Positions 10,618-21,560 are shown, numbered from the stretch's first letter. The stretch: 64,000 nt of DNA from Prolixibacteraceae bacterium (GCA_963666575.2 CAXXYG010000013.1:32099-96098), one strand, 5' to 3'. Translations and numbers: made by a program. Notes: generated from the letters alone by a model not told the origin.

Positions 10618-13410
10618 ATGAATTCAATCGTAAAACTATTACTAGCTTTTTTTATTCTTTTTTTATCCAATCAGGTACAATCGCAAGAAACAATCATTCA
10701 CTATTTGTCAGGAACCGGAGAAGACAACACCGTTGATTGGGATTTTTATTGTACAGAGGGGAAATAATTCAGGTGTATGGACAAGCATTGCAGTACCTAG
10801 CTGTTGGGAATTACAAGGATTTGGAAAATACAATTATGGACATGATAAAGATTCGGAAAGGAGGCAAAGAAAAAGGACTTTACAAATATAATTTTCAGGT
10901 TCCTTCTGATTGGAAAGGCAAAATTATCAATATCGTTTTTGAAGGTTCTATGACTGATACCGAAGTAAAAATAAATGGCCAATCAGCCCGGTAAAATTCA
11001 TCAGGGGGCATTTTACCAGTTTTAAATATGATATCAGTAAATTATTAAAATACGGGAAAGAAAATTTGCTTGAGGTAAGTGTTGCCAAACATTCGGCTAA
11101 TGAATCGGTAAATGAGGCTGAACGCCCGTGCCGATTTTTGGATTTTTGGAGGTATATTCCGCCCCGTCTTCCTGGAGGTAAAACCCTTCGGAACACATTG
11201 TTAGAACAGCATTAAATGCCAAAGCTAATGGCGATTTTTCGATTGATATTTATACAAAAAACATAAAACATGCGACTCAACTTTCAGCTCAGATTAAAAC
11301 AATTTCGGGCGAAAATTTAGGTTTTGCATTTACATCCAATATTGGCAAAAATTCGGTTTTCACACAGCTTTTAACTACTGCAAAAAATATAAAAACATGG
11401 ACGCCGGAATTCCCTTATTTATACAAAGTTGAAGTATCTCTCCTATCTCCAGATGGAATAATTCATTCCGTTTCTGAGAAATTCGGATTCCGGACAGTTG
11501 AATTAAAACCAAGAGATGGATTTTATGTGAATGGTGTAAAAATTAAATTTAAGGGAGTTTGCCGACATTCATTTTGGCCCGAAAGTGGCCGTACAATGAG
11601 CAAACGATTAAGTATTGAAGATGTAAATCTTCTGAAGGAAATGAACATGAATGCCGTCCGTATGTCGCACTACCCACCCGATTCACATTTTCTGGATGTA
11701 TGTGATTCATTGGGTTTATTTGTGCTGGACGAATTGGCAGGATGGCAAACCAACTATGATACCAAAACAGGGTCAGAATTAGCCCACAAAATGATATTCC
11801 ACGATGTAAACCACCCTAGTATTGTAATTTGGGACAATGGCAACGAAGGAGGCTGGAATTATGACGTTGACCATTGGTTTGAAGAATTGGACCCTCAAAA
11901 AAGGCCATTGATTCACCCATGGCAGGTATTTAAAAATACCGACACTCAACACTATAAAGACTGGGATTATGGTAATGCTACTCATCAGCACGGGCATAAT
12001 GTTACTTTCCCCACCGAGTTCCTTCATGGGCTGTACGATGGAGGGCATGGTGCCGGGCTTGAAGATTTCTGGCGCCAAATGTGGCAGAATCCGCTTTCAG
12101 CAGGAGGTTTTTTATGGGTTTATGCCGACGAATCTGTTGTGCGCACAGATAAGAACAGGGAATTGGATGCCGATAAGAATCATGCTCCTGATGGAATTGT
12201 TGGCCCCTACCACGAAAAAGAAGGTAGCTTTTTTACCATCAAAGAAATTTGGTCGCCCATTTTTTTTGAAAAACGTTTTATTACATCCCATTTTGACGGG
12301 ACCTTTAACATCGAAAACCGATACCACTATACAAACATTAACCAATGTCATTTTAAGTGGAACCTGGTAAAATTACCTTTACCGGGCGAAACAAAACAAA
12401 CATCAGTAGCTTCAGGCAAAACTCACTCACCAAATATTCAACCGAATCATAAAGGAGAACTTAAAATTGACCTACCAACCGATTTTACCTCTGCTGATGT
12501 TTTGTACGTCACAGCAACTGACCCTCATGGAAAGGAAATTTATACGTGGAGCTGGCCTATTAGTTTACCTGAAAAAGTTTCAGGAATTATTGTTGACAAA
12601 ACCATTGGAGAAATCACCAACTTCAGTGAAACCGATGAAACCGTAACCCTTACTGCTATTGGTACCGAAATAGAAATAAGTAAAAAAACCTGCCAGCTTC
12701 AGAATATAATCGCTAATAATAAATCTGTAAGTTTATCAAATGGTCCTGTTTTTATTGAAACTATCGCCGAATCAGATGGTGTAAAAACTTATCGCGAAGG
12801 AAATAATGTGGTAGTGGAAGCCATCACAAAAAACAAACTGAAACAATTAAAATGGACTCTTTACCCCTCAGGGTGGTTACGCCTTGATGTACAATATTTC
12901 CCTCCTTATAACACCACATTAATGGGTATTACTTTTTCTTATCCTGAAGAAAAAATAAAAGGTATGACATGGATGGGCGATGGACCATACCGTGTTTATA
13001 AAAATCGGCTCAAGGGTACAACTTTTAATGTTTGGGACAAAAAATACAACAATACAATAACCGGCGAAAGTACTTATGGTTTAGAATACCCTGAATTTAA
13101 AGGATTTCACAAAAACCTGTATTGGGCAACTATCGATACTGAAGAACAACCTTTTACGGTTGTTTGTGCCACCGAAAACATTTACCTGCATATGCTTACG
13201 CCTGACAAACCCCAAAAAGGTGAAACAAATTATGCATTTGCAGAATACCCAAAAGGAAATATCTCTTTTTTACACGGCATCAGCCCAATAGGAACTAAAT
13301 TCAGGAGTGCGGAAAAAACAGGGCCTATGGGGCAAAAGAATGCTTATACAACTCATGGGACAGAGTATCCCAAAGACTTGACGTTGTATTTTAACTTTGG
13401 AGAAAATTAA
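10618..13410 (+). pseudogene. GH2 glycoside hydrolase (beta-galactosidase-like), multiply frameshifted in the first ~580 nt
   Basis: The ATG at 10618 gives a signal peptide (MNSIVKLLLAFFILFLSNQVQSQE). Sugar-binding-domain pieces (WKGKIINIVFEGSMTDTEVKINGQS, FYQFKYDISKLLKYGKENLLEV) lie in different frames up to about 11200. The frame is then open to 13410 with NAVRMSHYPP and WDNGNEGG. Confidence 0.75.
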
Positions 13411-13438
13411 TCCAAATAGTTCTTAAAATTAGCATAAA

Positions 13439-13786
13439 ATGAAAGATAATTCCAATAAATTAGCTGTAGTATGGTCGAGCGGTGATCCTGAAGTAGCAGA
13501 GAAAGTTTGTTTTATGTATTCATATAATGCAAAAAAACAAGGTTGGTTTGATGAAGTTAAATTAATTGTATGGGGCCCTTCAGCAAAACTCCTTAAAAAA
13601 AACAAACAACTACAGGAATCCATCGAAAAAATGCAGGAAATCGGTATTAATATTGAAGCCTGTATTTCATGTGCATCAATGTATGGTGTCGATCAACAGC
13701 TGGCCGAAATGGACATTGATGTAAAGGGAATGGGAGCTCCACTTACAGCGTATTTAAAAGAGGGTTGGAAAACTCTTACTTTTTAA
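13439..13786 (+). CDS. DsrE-family protein
   Basis: 115 aa. The pattern KLAVVWSSGDPEV...LIVWGPS...ACISCASMYGV matches small DsrE/DsrF-like proteins as I recall them. Confidence 0.6.
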   Translation: MKDNSNKLAVVWSSGDPEVAEKVCFMYSYNAKKQGWFDEVKLIVWGPSAKLLKKNKQLQESIEKMQEIGINIEACISCASMYGVDQQLAEMDIDVKGMGAPLTAYLKEGWKTLTF

Positions 13787-15137
13787 CTTTTTCCTCCACT
13801 GCCACAACTTTATGCTGTGTCCTGAAAAAAAGTGTATTTTCGGAGATGGCAGGTGTTGCCATAATTATATCATTCATTTTATTATGCGCTAATAATTCAT
13901 ATTTATCGCCGGCTTTAATTACAAATACATCACCTTTTTCGGAGCAAAAATAAACTAATCCACCAGCTGCAATTCCCGACGCAGTAAATCCACCAACAGG
14001 GCCAAGGCTTTGTTTGTATTTCTCCTGCCCCGAAATCGCATCAAAAACAGTTAACGAACCATTTCCACGAAGATTGTATAATAAACCGTTATAAATCAGA
14101 GGAGTTTGCATGTATGCCCCGCCTCGTTTTATACTCCAAACAATAAACTTATTGGTAGTACTATCGGGGTGAAGGGTAATATCGCCTTTAGCCGAAGGTT
14201 TAACCACATAAATTGGTGACCAACGCCCATGTGCATTATTAATATAAATTAAACCGTCAGCAACTACAGGTGTGGGTGTAGGTGCATCACCACCACCGCT
14301 CATTTTCCAGATTTCCTTACCTGTTTCAAAATCGTACCCTCCCATATGTTTCCAGCCATTCACCAGAATTTGTGTTTGGCCATCCTTTTCGTAAACGGTA
14401 GGTGACGACCATGTAGAATTTTCAATTCGTGGCGTAGTCCATACCTCTCGCCCGGTTTCAACATCGTAAGATGCAATAAAACAATCGCCCAGGTAATCGC
14501 ATTGTACAATTACTTTTCCTTTGTGAATGATAGGCGAACTGGCAAATCCCCATTCAAAATCAGGGTCTGTAAAGGGGCCGGCATTCATCTCCCCAAGGTC
14601 ATTTTTCCAAAGCAGATGGCCATCCATATCATAACAAAACAATCCTTCGGAACCAAAAAATGCCACCAGGTGTTTTCCATCGGTTGCAGGAGTACAATTG
14701 GCCTGTGATGCTTTGGTATGCCTTTGGGTACGGGGAATTCCTTTATGCGACAATTTCTCCCAGATAATTTCGCCTGTGTTTTTGTTAAGGCAATAAACCT
14801 TAAATTCATGTACCGATTCATCCTCAACGGCATCAATATCACCATATAAGCCTACTTTTAACTCATCGTTTCCTGAACCACTTATTGCCGTTGTTACAAA
14901 TAACTTTTCGTCCCAAACTACGGGGCAGGAATGGCCAAGCCCGGGAATTGCAATTTGCCATTTTATATTTTCTCCGGTTTTAACATCCCACTCAACAGCA
15001 GTTTTGGATTTTTCCATAAATCCTTTGGCAAAAGGGCCTCGAAACGAAGGCCATTGTCCGAAATAATCTGTTTGTGCTTGTAAATAACTCTGACCAAAAA
15101 TCAAAAAAGCAAACAGGAAAAAACATTTATATCTCAT
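13776..15137 (-). CDS. PQQ-like beta-propeller repeat protein, secreted
   Basis: 453 aa with a signal peptide (FLFAFLIFGQSYLQAQ). It has a repeated beta-propeller-type W/G-rich blade pattern. Its 3' end overlaps the DsrE-like gene by 11 nt in convergent orientation. Confidence 0.6.
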   Translation of the reverse strand: MRYKCFFLFAFLIFGQSYLQAQTDYFGQWPSFRGPFAKGFMEKSKTAVEWDVKTGENIKWQIAIPGLGHSCPVVWDEKLFVTTAISGSGNDELKVGLYGDIDAVEDESVHEFKVYCLNKNTGEIIWEKLSHKGIPRTQRHTKASQANCTPATDGKHLVAFFGSEGLFCYDMDGHLLWKNDLGEMNAGPFTDPDFEWGFASSPIIHKGKVIVQCDYLGDCFIASYDVETGREVWTTPRIENSTWSSPTVYEKDGQTQILVNGWKHMGGYDFETGKEIWKMSGGGDAPTPTPVVADGLIYINNAHGRWSPIYVVKPSAKGDITLHPDSTTNKFIVWSIKRGGAYMQTPLIYNGLLYNLRGNGSLTVFDAISGQEKYKQSLGPVGGFTASGIAAGGLVYFCSEKGDVFVIKAGDKYELLAHNKMNDIIMATPAISENTLFFRTQHKVVAVEEKVKK

Positions 15138-15421
15138 TTACATATATGATTAGTTTTAAGAATTGGTCTAAGGTTACCCTTTTCATTACATGTAAAAATA
15201 AAAAAATCTGACCATTGCCTTGCGTTAAATTAAAACATTCAAGATAAAAAGATATTTTCTACAACAAATGATTCCGATTGTTTTATCTTTAAATCAATCC
15301 GTTAAGCCAAAAACATCTAATTACTGCATTAAAACGCTAGATGATTCAACAAATTTTCATCTCCTAATATTACAAATCCACGATATTTTAATAATTTTAT
15401 CAAAAAACATAAACCAACAAA

Positions 15422-16486
15422 ATGAATAACCAAAAAGCTAAATATGTTACCAGCCAGTATGGGAGGTACTTTTCTATTGTATTTAACATCAGTATAATTT
15501 TTATTACACTATTTGCCTGTAACCCAAACCAAAATACTAATAAATCAGAAATTCCTGGTGTAACAACCTCTTCGGTTGAAAATAAATTAGATTTATCGAA
15601 CATCAAAGTTGGGTATTGCACTCCCTCCCTAAATGCGCCGTTCTATGTGGTACTTTCACAATTTATTCAAAAAAATGTTGAAGAATTTGGAATGCAATAT
15701 GTTTCAACCGATGGGCAAGACGACATTATAAAACAAATCACTTCGGTTGAAGACCTGACTGCATCAGGTATTAATGTACTCATACTGAATCCACTTGACC
15801 ACAAAGCCCTTGTGCCTGCAGTAAATGCAGCAGTCAGATCAGGTGTAAAAGTATTTATAGTAGATAGTTATATCGATGAAAAAGCCAATTATATAACTTC
15901 GGTACAGGCCAATAACAATGGAAATGGCGAATTAATTGGCGAATGGATAGTGAACAAAATGGGTAAAACCAAAACAAAAGCTGCGCTTATTAGCGGAAGC
16001 CAGGGAAATCCTATTGGTAAGGAAAAACGATTGGGATTTATTCGTGGTTTTTCGGAAACACAATTAATGGCAAATGGAGATGTGGAGTTGAATATAGTCG
16101 CACAAGGATGGGGAAATTGGACCAATAATGGAGGATTAAAAGCCATGGAAGATATTTTGGTGGCTCACCCCGACATTAACCTGCTGGTAGCCGAAAACGA
16201 TGCCATGGGAATGGGGGCGCTAAAAGCAATTAATGAAGCAGGTAAAGCAGCTGATATTACGGTAGTAGGTTTCGACGGGCAAAAAGAGGCCTTTGAATTA
16301 ATACAAAAAGGTGAAATCGGAGCAACTGCCATGAACAGCCCTAAAGAACTGGCACGACTGGTTGTGGAATCTGTTGTAAGATATCTGAATGGAGAAAAAC
16401 AAATCAATAAAGTAATATACACACCTGCCGTACTAATTACAAATGATAATGTGGATGATTATTACAATCCAAAAGCCATTTTCTAA
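15422..16486 (+). CDS. sugar ABC transporter substrate-binding lipoprotein (ribose/CUT2 type)
   Basis: 354 aa with a periplasmic-binding-protein type I fold pattern. The lipobox-like ITLFAC suggests lipid anchoring. Confidence 0.8.
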   Translation: MNNQKAKYVTSQYGRYFSIVFNISIIFITLFACNPNQNTNKSEIPGVTTSSVENKLDLSNIKVGYCTPSLNAPFYVVLSQFIQKNVEEFGMQYVSTDGQDDIIKQITSVEDLTASGINVLILNPLDHKALVPAVNAAVRSGVKVFIVDSYIDEKANYITSVQANNNGNGELIGEWIVNKMGKTKTKAALISGSQGNPIGKEKRLGFIRGFSETQLMANGDVELNIVAQGWGNWTNNGGLKAMEDILVAHPDINLLVAENDAMGMGALKAINEAGKAADITVVGFDGQKEAFELIQKGEIGATAMNSPKELARLVVESVVRYLNGEKQINKVIYTPAVLITNDNVDDYYNPKAIF

Positions 16487-16519
16487 ACATTAATTCTCGA
16501 ACATATTATTTTATCTATA

Positions 16520-18022
16520 GTGGAAGACAGAGTAGAATTAAGAAATATCTCAAAGTCATTTGGAGGGATTAATGCCTTAAAAAATGTCACATTCAAAACA
16601 AAACCAGGCGAAATTCATGCGCTTGTTGGCGAAAATGGCGCAGGCAAATCAACCCTGATGAAGATTCTTTCAGGTGCCTATTCAAAAGATAACGGGCAAC
16701 TGTTTATCGATGGGCAAGAAGTTAACATCAGGAATACACACGATAGTAAAAAGTTGGGAATTGGCATTATTTACCAAGAATTTTCGCTGGTACCCGAACT
16801 GTCAGTTGCCGAAAATATTTTCTTAAATCAAACCAATATTACCGGGTATTGGATTAAACGGTCAAAAATAAATCACAAGGCTGCTAAACTTATCGAAAGT
16901 ATTGGTTTTAAAATTGACCCAGCGGTTCAGGTTGATTCATTAAGTATTGCCGACCAACAAATTGTTGAAATCGCTAAAGCTTTATCTGAAAATGTTCAGG
17001 TGATAATTCTCGATGAACCTTCAGCTGTATTAGGGTCCCAGGAAGTCCAAAAACTTTTCGACACATTAAAAAAACTTAAAAAAGAGGGTGTTGCCATTAT
17101 ATATATTTCTCATCACCTGAATGAAATTTTTCAGATTGCCGATCGAATAACTGTTTTAAAAGACGGAACTTCAAGTGAAAGTTTGCTCGCCAAAGCAACA
17201 GATAAAGATTCGATAATTAAGCTTATGTTGGGTAGGCCGCTAGAAACCATGTTCCCCCGCCGGGATACAATTATTGGAGAAGAAATTTTAAAAGTTGATG
17301 GCCTCCATTTTGTTGACCAAAACAAAACTATTTCACTTTCAGTTAAAGCAGGCGAAATAGTAGGAATTGCAGGTTTGGTTGGCAGTGGCCGTAGCGAAAC
17401 TGCCAGAGCAATTTTTGCTGCTGATAAACGAAAAAAAGGAACTGTATTTTTAAATGGGGAAAAAGTACCTCTCCGGTCGCCCCGCGAAGCTGTAAAAAAA
17501 GGAATAGGCATGGTTCCCGAAGACCGGAAACAGCATGGTGTAATACTTTCTCTGTCGGTACAAAAAAACATTAGTTTAACTAATTTACAAGCAATTGCCA
17601 ATCGATTTGGATTTATAAACGCCAAAAAAGAGAAAGAAAATATAAACAGCCTGATTCAAAAACTTACCATTAAAACTGAAAATGAAAATCAGGAAGTGGG
17701 GACATTAAGTGGGGGGAATCAACAAAAAGTGGTTCTTGCCAAATGGCTAAACCGCGAATGTAGCGTATTGATAATTGATGAGCCTACACGTGGAGTTGAT
17801 GTAGGGGCTAAAGTTGAAATTTATAACCTTATCAACGAACTTTCACAAAAAGGAGTTGCATTGTTGGTAATATCATCTGACACCTCCGAATTAATAGGAA
17901 TCAGCGATCGAATATTGGTAATGCGCAAGGGGCTAATTCAGGGAGAATTGGAAAAAAAAGATTTTACCGAAGAAGCCATTTTACGTTTATCAATTGGTGC
18001 CACAAAACAAAACTCTGCTTGA
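16520..18022 (+). CDS. sugar ABC transporter ATP-binding protein (fused double ABC, RbsA/MglA-like)
   Basis: 500 aa with a GTG start. Walker A is GENGAGKST, the signature is LSGGNQQK, and a second degenerate ABC domain is present. This is typical of CUT2 ATPases. Confidence 0.9.
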   Translation: MEDRVELRNISKSFGGINALKNVTFKTKPGEIHALVGENGAGKSTLMKILSGAYSKDNGQLFIDGQEVNIRNTHDSKKLGIGIIYQEFSLVPELSVAENIFLNQTNITGYWIKRSKINHKAAKLIESIGFKIDPAVQVDSLSIADQQIVEIAKALSENVQVIILDEPSAVLGSQEVQKLFDTLKKLKKEGVAIIYISHHLNEIFQIADRITVLKDGTSSESLLAKATDKDSIIKLMLGRPLETMFPRRDTIIGEEILKVDGLHFVDQNKTISLSVKAGEIVGIAGLVGSGRSETARAIFAADKRKKGTVFLNGEKVPLRSPREAVKKGIGMVPEDRKQHGVILSLSVQKNISLTNLQAIANRFGFINAKKEKENINSLIQKLTIKTENENQEVGTLSGGNQQKVVLAKWLNRECSVLIIDEPTRGVDVGAKVEIYNLINELSQKGVALLVISSDTSELIGISDRILVMRKGLIQGELEKKDFTEEAILRLSIGATKQNSA

Positions 18023-18058
18023 CAATTAATAGGATCTTAAAATTTTACATTAAAAAAA

Positions 18059-19015
18059 ATGAACCTGAAAATCAGCCTAAAAAAATATTTACAAATAATT
18101 ATTAAGTACAATACTGTATTTATATTCCTGGTAATGCTTTTGGTTTCGGCGCTTGTTTCGGATGTGTTTTTTACATCCAACAATCTGTTTAATCTGGTGA
18201 GGCAGGTAACACCGGTTGGTATTATAAGTATGGGAATGCTGCTGGTCATACTTACTGGCGGGATTGACCTTTCAGTAGGTTCAATTGTTGCAATGACGGG
18301 TGTACTGTGTGCCTTATTTTCACAAACTATGCCTTTGCCTGTGGCAATTATTGCTGCACTGGCAAGTGGATTACTTGTTGGCAGTGTTTCGGGTTATTTG
18401 GTTTCCATTCATAAAATAGCACCATTTATTGCTACCCTCGCGCTAATGTCGATTGTTAGAGGGCTTGGTTTTATGTTTTCAAAAGGCGCTCCAATCCTTG
18501 TCAGTGAAGAAGCTTCGGCATTAACCGATTTTGGAAGTGGTAGTTTTATTGGTATCCCATACCCTGCTCTTGTGCTGTTTGTAATTTTTATAGTCACTTC
18601 TGTTCTGTTAAAATATAATGTGTTTGGCCGGACCATTATAGCTATTGGAAGTAATGAAGAAGCTGTACGGTTATCAGGCATCAGTGTACCAGCTTTTAAG
18701 TATAGTGTATATGCAATAGCCGGTGTGTTGTCGGCAGCAGCAGGAATTATTACCACTGCCCGAACATCAGTAGGCTCGCCCGTTATGGGAGTTGGAATGG
18801 AATTGGATGTTATCGCAACGGTAGTAATAGGTGGCGCAAGTTTAAGCGGAGGAAAAGGTTCGGCTTTTAATACACTTTTAGGTGTTTTGATATTAGGAAT
18901 GATTGGTAACATTATGAACCTAATGAATATTCCGGCTTATTCACAACAAGTTATTAAAGGTTTAATTATCATTTTCGCCGTATTATTACAACGATTTCAA
19001 GCAAAAAGTAACTGA
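18059..19015 (+). CDS. sugar ABC transporter permease (RbsC-like)
   Basis: 318 aa, polytopic and hydrophobic. The GGIDLSVGS motif is characteristic of the CUT2 permease family. Confidence 0.88.
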   Translation: MNLKISLKKYLQIIIKYNTVFIFLVMLLVSALVSDVFFTSNNLFNLVRQVTPVGIISMGMLLVILTGGIDLSVGSIVAMTGVLCALFSQTMPLPVAIIAALASGLLVGSVSGYLVSIHKIAPFIATLALMSIVRGLGFMFSKGAPILVSEEASALTDFGSGSFIGIPYPALVLFVIFIVTSVLLKYNVFGRTIIAIGSNEEAVRLSGISVPAFKYSVYAIAGVLSAAAGIITTARTSVGSPVMGVGMELDVIATVVIGGASLSGGKGSAFNTLLGVLILGMIGNIMNLMNIPAYSQQVIKGLIIIFAVLLQRFQAKSN

Positions 19016-19020
19016 TTCAT

Positions 19021-20508
19021 ATGCAAGACATTAAATTTTTAAATACAGAAAACCTATCTCTACTTCCAAATGAAGTAAAAATTCCAGACTATAATCGTTC
19101 AAAAATCCAGACGGGTATTGTACATATTGGAGTTGGCGGTTTTTTTAGGGCTCACTGTGCATTTTATACCGATAAGGTTTTGCATAAAAATACAACCAAT
19201 TGGGGTATTTGTGGTATGGGTTTATTGCCAAACGACCGTAAAATAATTGATACCCTCAACCGCCAGGATGGTTTATATACATTAATGTCAACTCAATCAG
19301 ATGGGGTGTTATCCGCAAGAGTAATCGGTTCGATGATCGATTTTGTTTTTGCACCCGAAAATCCTCAAATAGCCATCAAAAAAATGGCCGATCCCGCAGT
19401 TAAAATTATAACACTTACAATTACCGAAGGAGGTTATAATTTTAATGAAGCTACCAAAGAATTTCAGATCGAAGATCCCACAATTCAATGGGACCTGAAT
19501 AATCCCCAGCATCCTAAAACGGTTTTTGGATACCTTACCCAGGCGCTAAAAAAGCGCAGGGACAATAACATTCCGGGGCTTACCCTTCAATCGTGCGATA
19601 ACATACAAAAAAATGGTGCTGTATTAAAAAAAATGCTTCTATCGTTTGTAAAAAAAGCACAGCCCGATTTAATCGATTGGATTAACCAGAATGTTACTTT
19701 TCCAAATAGTATGGTCGACAGGATTACCCCTGTTACCAAACCTTCGGACATAAAAAAACTCAAATCGGAGTTTGAAATTGATGACGGATGGCCGGTTGTT
19801 TGTGAGCCATTTATCCAATGGATTATTGAAGATGATTTTGCAAATGGAAGGCCTGAGTGGGAATCGGTAGGTGCCCAATTTGTTCAGGATGTTGGTCCCT
19901 ACGAAAAAATGAAAATTCGATTGCTCAATGCCGGGCATTCTTTACTGGGATTTTTAGGTACATTATACGGCTGCAAAACAATTGATGAAACTATTGAACT
20001 TCCGATGTTTCGGTCTTTCCTTCGTGAATTTATGGATAAAGAAGTAACACCTGTTTTAGGCAACATTAAAGGAATAAATATTGAAGCCTATAAAGATACC
20101 CTGATTCAACGATTTGGAAATAAATACATTAAAGATGAGCTTTCGAGGATCTGCCTGGAAAGTTCAGCTAAAATACCAACATTTTTATTGCCTACCATAA
20201 AAGAACAGTTAGTTAATGGAGGATCCATACATAGAGGCACCCTGGTTGTGGCAGCCTGGTGCCGTTACCTGGAGGTGGCTGGCACTCCGGGATACAATTA
20301 CACCATAGATGATAAAATGGCGACTACTCTTCAAACTGAAGCCAGAGCTTCCATGAGCAACGATCCAATGGCATTTTTAAAAATCAGGCCAATTTTTGGC
20401 GATTTGGTAAATTCCAAACAGTTTGTTGAAACCTACCTTCACCTTATTGATACTATCCGGCGAAGTGGAATAAAAAAAACAATCGAGGAATTACAAATGA
20501 GCCAATAA
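19021..20508 (+). CDS. mannitol dehydrogenase family polyol oxidoreductase (long-chain MDH family)
   Basis: 495 aa. The N-terminal Rossmann motif is IVHIGVGGFFRAH. The size matches mannitol 2-dehydrogenase, D-arabinitol 4-dehydrogenase and fructuronate reductase. Confidence 0.82.
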   Translation: MQDIKFLNTENLSLLPNEVKIPDYNRSKIQTGIVHIGVGGFFRAHCAFYTDKVLHKNTTNWGICGMGLLPNDRKIIDTLNRQDGLYTLMSTQSDGVLSARVIGSMIDFVFAPENPQIAIKKMADPAVKIITLTITEGGYNFNEATKEFQIEDPTIQWDLNNPQHPKTVFGYLTQALKKRRDNNIPGLTLQSCDNIQKNGAVLKKMLLSFVKKAQPDLIDWINQNVTFPNSMVDRITPVTKPSDIKKLKSEFEIDDGWPVVCEPFIQWIIEDDFANGRPEWESVGAQFVQDVGPYEKMKIRLLNAGHSLLGFLGTLYGCKTIDETIELPMFRSFLREFMDKEVTPVLGNIKGINIEAYKDTLIQRFGNKYIKDELSRICLESSAKIPTFLLPTIKEQLVNGGSIHRGTLVVAAWCRYLEVAGTPGYNYTIDDKMATTLQTEARASMSNDPMAFLKIRPIFGDLVNSKQFVETYLHLIDTIRRSGIKKTIEELQMSQ

Positions 20509-20537
20509 TTCATTTTTTTTACAAAAACAAATAAAAC

Positions 20538-21560
20538 ATGCGACAAGCACTTTTGCTAAAACCGGGAGAAATTAAGTTTCGGGAAGTACCGGAGCCAGGC
20601 CAACTTAAAAAAAATGAAATTTTATTACGGATAAAAAAAATTGGCATCTGTGGTTCCGACATTCATGTATACCATGGCAAACATCCTGCTACACCCTACC
20701 CCGTGGTTCAGGGGCACGAATATTCAGGAATCGTTGAAGCTGTTGGGAAATCAGTTCAAAATGTATCTCCGGGTGAAAAGGCAACTGCCCGGCCGCAGTT
20801 GGTTTGTGGGATTTGTGGACCATGCAAAAAAGGGCAATACAATGCCTGCCAGGAATTAAAAGTTCAGGGATTTCAAGCCCCGGGAGTCGCACAAGACCTG
20901 TTTATTATTCCTGAAGACAGAATAGTACCATTCCCCGATACTATGACCATGGAACAGGGAGCCCTAATTGAACCGGCAGCGGTAGGTGCTCATTCCACCA
21001 ACCGTGCTTCCAACCTAAAAGGGAAAAATGTTGTTGTATCGGGTGCCGGAACAATTGGAAATTTAGTGGCCCAATTTGCCAAAACCAGGGGAGCAAAAAA
21101 AATACTTATTACCGATGTGAGTGATTACCGGTTGAATATAGCTAAACAATGTGGAATAGAAGGTAACCTGAATATTGCCAAAACACCATTTGATACTGGC
21201 GTTACATCTTTTTTTGGTGACGAAGGATTTCAGGTAGGTTTTGAGGCTGCGGGTGTTCAGGATTCGCTGGATGTTTTAATGAAACACGTCGAAAAAGGAG
21301 GAGATATTGTAATACTTGGAGTTTATGCAAAAAATCCGGTAATAAATATGTTTTATTTAGGCGAACACGAGCTAAATGTGTTTGGTTCGATGATGTACCG
21401 CCACGAAGACTATTTATCAGCAGTTGAGATGATTTCAGCCGGTAAAATAAAAACTGCCCCACTTCTGACAAAATCTTTTCCGTTTGAAAAATACACCGAA
21501 GCATATGATTTTATCGAAAAACAAGGCGATAAATCCATAAAAATTATGATTGACCTTTAA
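20538..21560 (+). CDS. zinc-dependent alcohol/polyol dehydrogenase (sorbitol/L-iditol dehydrogenase-like MDR)
   Basis: 340 aa with motifs GICGSDIHVY, GHEYSG, a structural-zinc Cys cluster (CGICGPCKKGQYNAC) and GAGTIG. Confidence 0.85.
   Translation: MRQALLLKPGEIKFREVPEPGQLKKNEILLRIKKIGICGSDIHVYHGKHPATPYPVVQGHEYSGIVEAVGKSVQNVSPGEKATARPQLVCGICGPCKKGQYNACQELKVQGFQAPGVAQDLFIIPEDRIVPFPDTMTMEQGALIEPAAVGAHSTNRASNLKGKNVVVSGAGTIGNLVAQFAKTRGAKKILITDVSDYRLNIAKQCGIEGNLNIAKTPFDTGVTSFFGDEGFQVGFEAAGVQDSLDVLMKHVEKGGDIVILGVYAKNPVINMFYLGEHELNVFGSMMYRHEDYLSAVEMISAGKIKTAPLLTKSFPFEKYTEAYDFIEKQGDKSIKIMIDL

Noticed and set aside
10521-10736. A 71-aa ORF lies in the GH3/GH2 divergent intergenic region, and fragment ORFs (10143-10445, 10737-10994, 10948-11196) lie in the same block.
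   Set aside because: These are out-of-frame or partial readings of the frameshifted GH3 and GH2 genes or of their promoter region. They are not independent genes.
13776-13786. The 3' ends of the DsrE-like gene and the PQQ-propeller gene overlap convergently by 11 nt.
   Set aside because: Short convergent overlaps are common in compact genomes, and nothing else links the two genes functionally.
17131-17625. Long antisense ORFs lie inside bona fide genes: 17131-17625, 18409-18912, 25067-25567, 31565-32086, 1986-2333 and 43196-43561.
   Set aside because: They lie fully within well-supported conserved CDSs on the opposite strand. Their low-complexity, Pro/Ser/Ile-rich translations carry no recognisable motifs. 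These are typical shadow ORFs.
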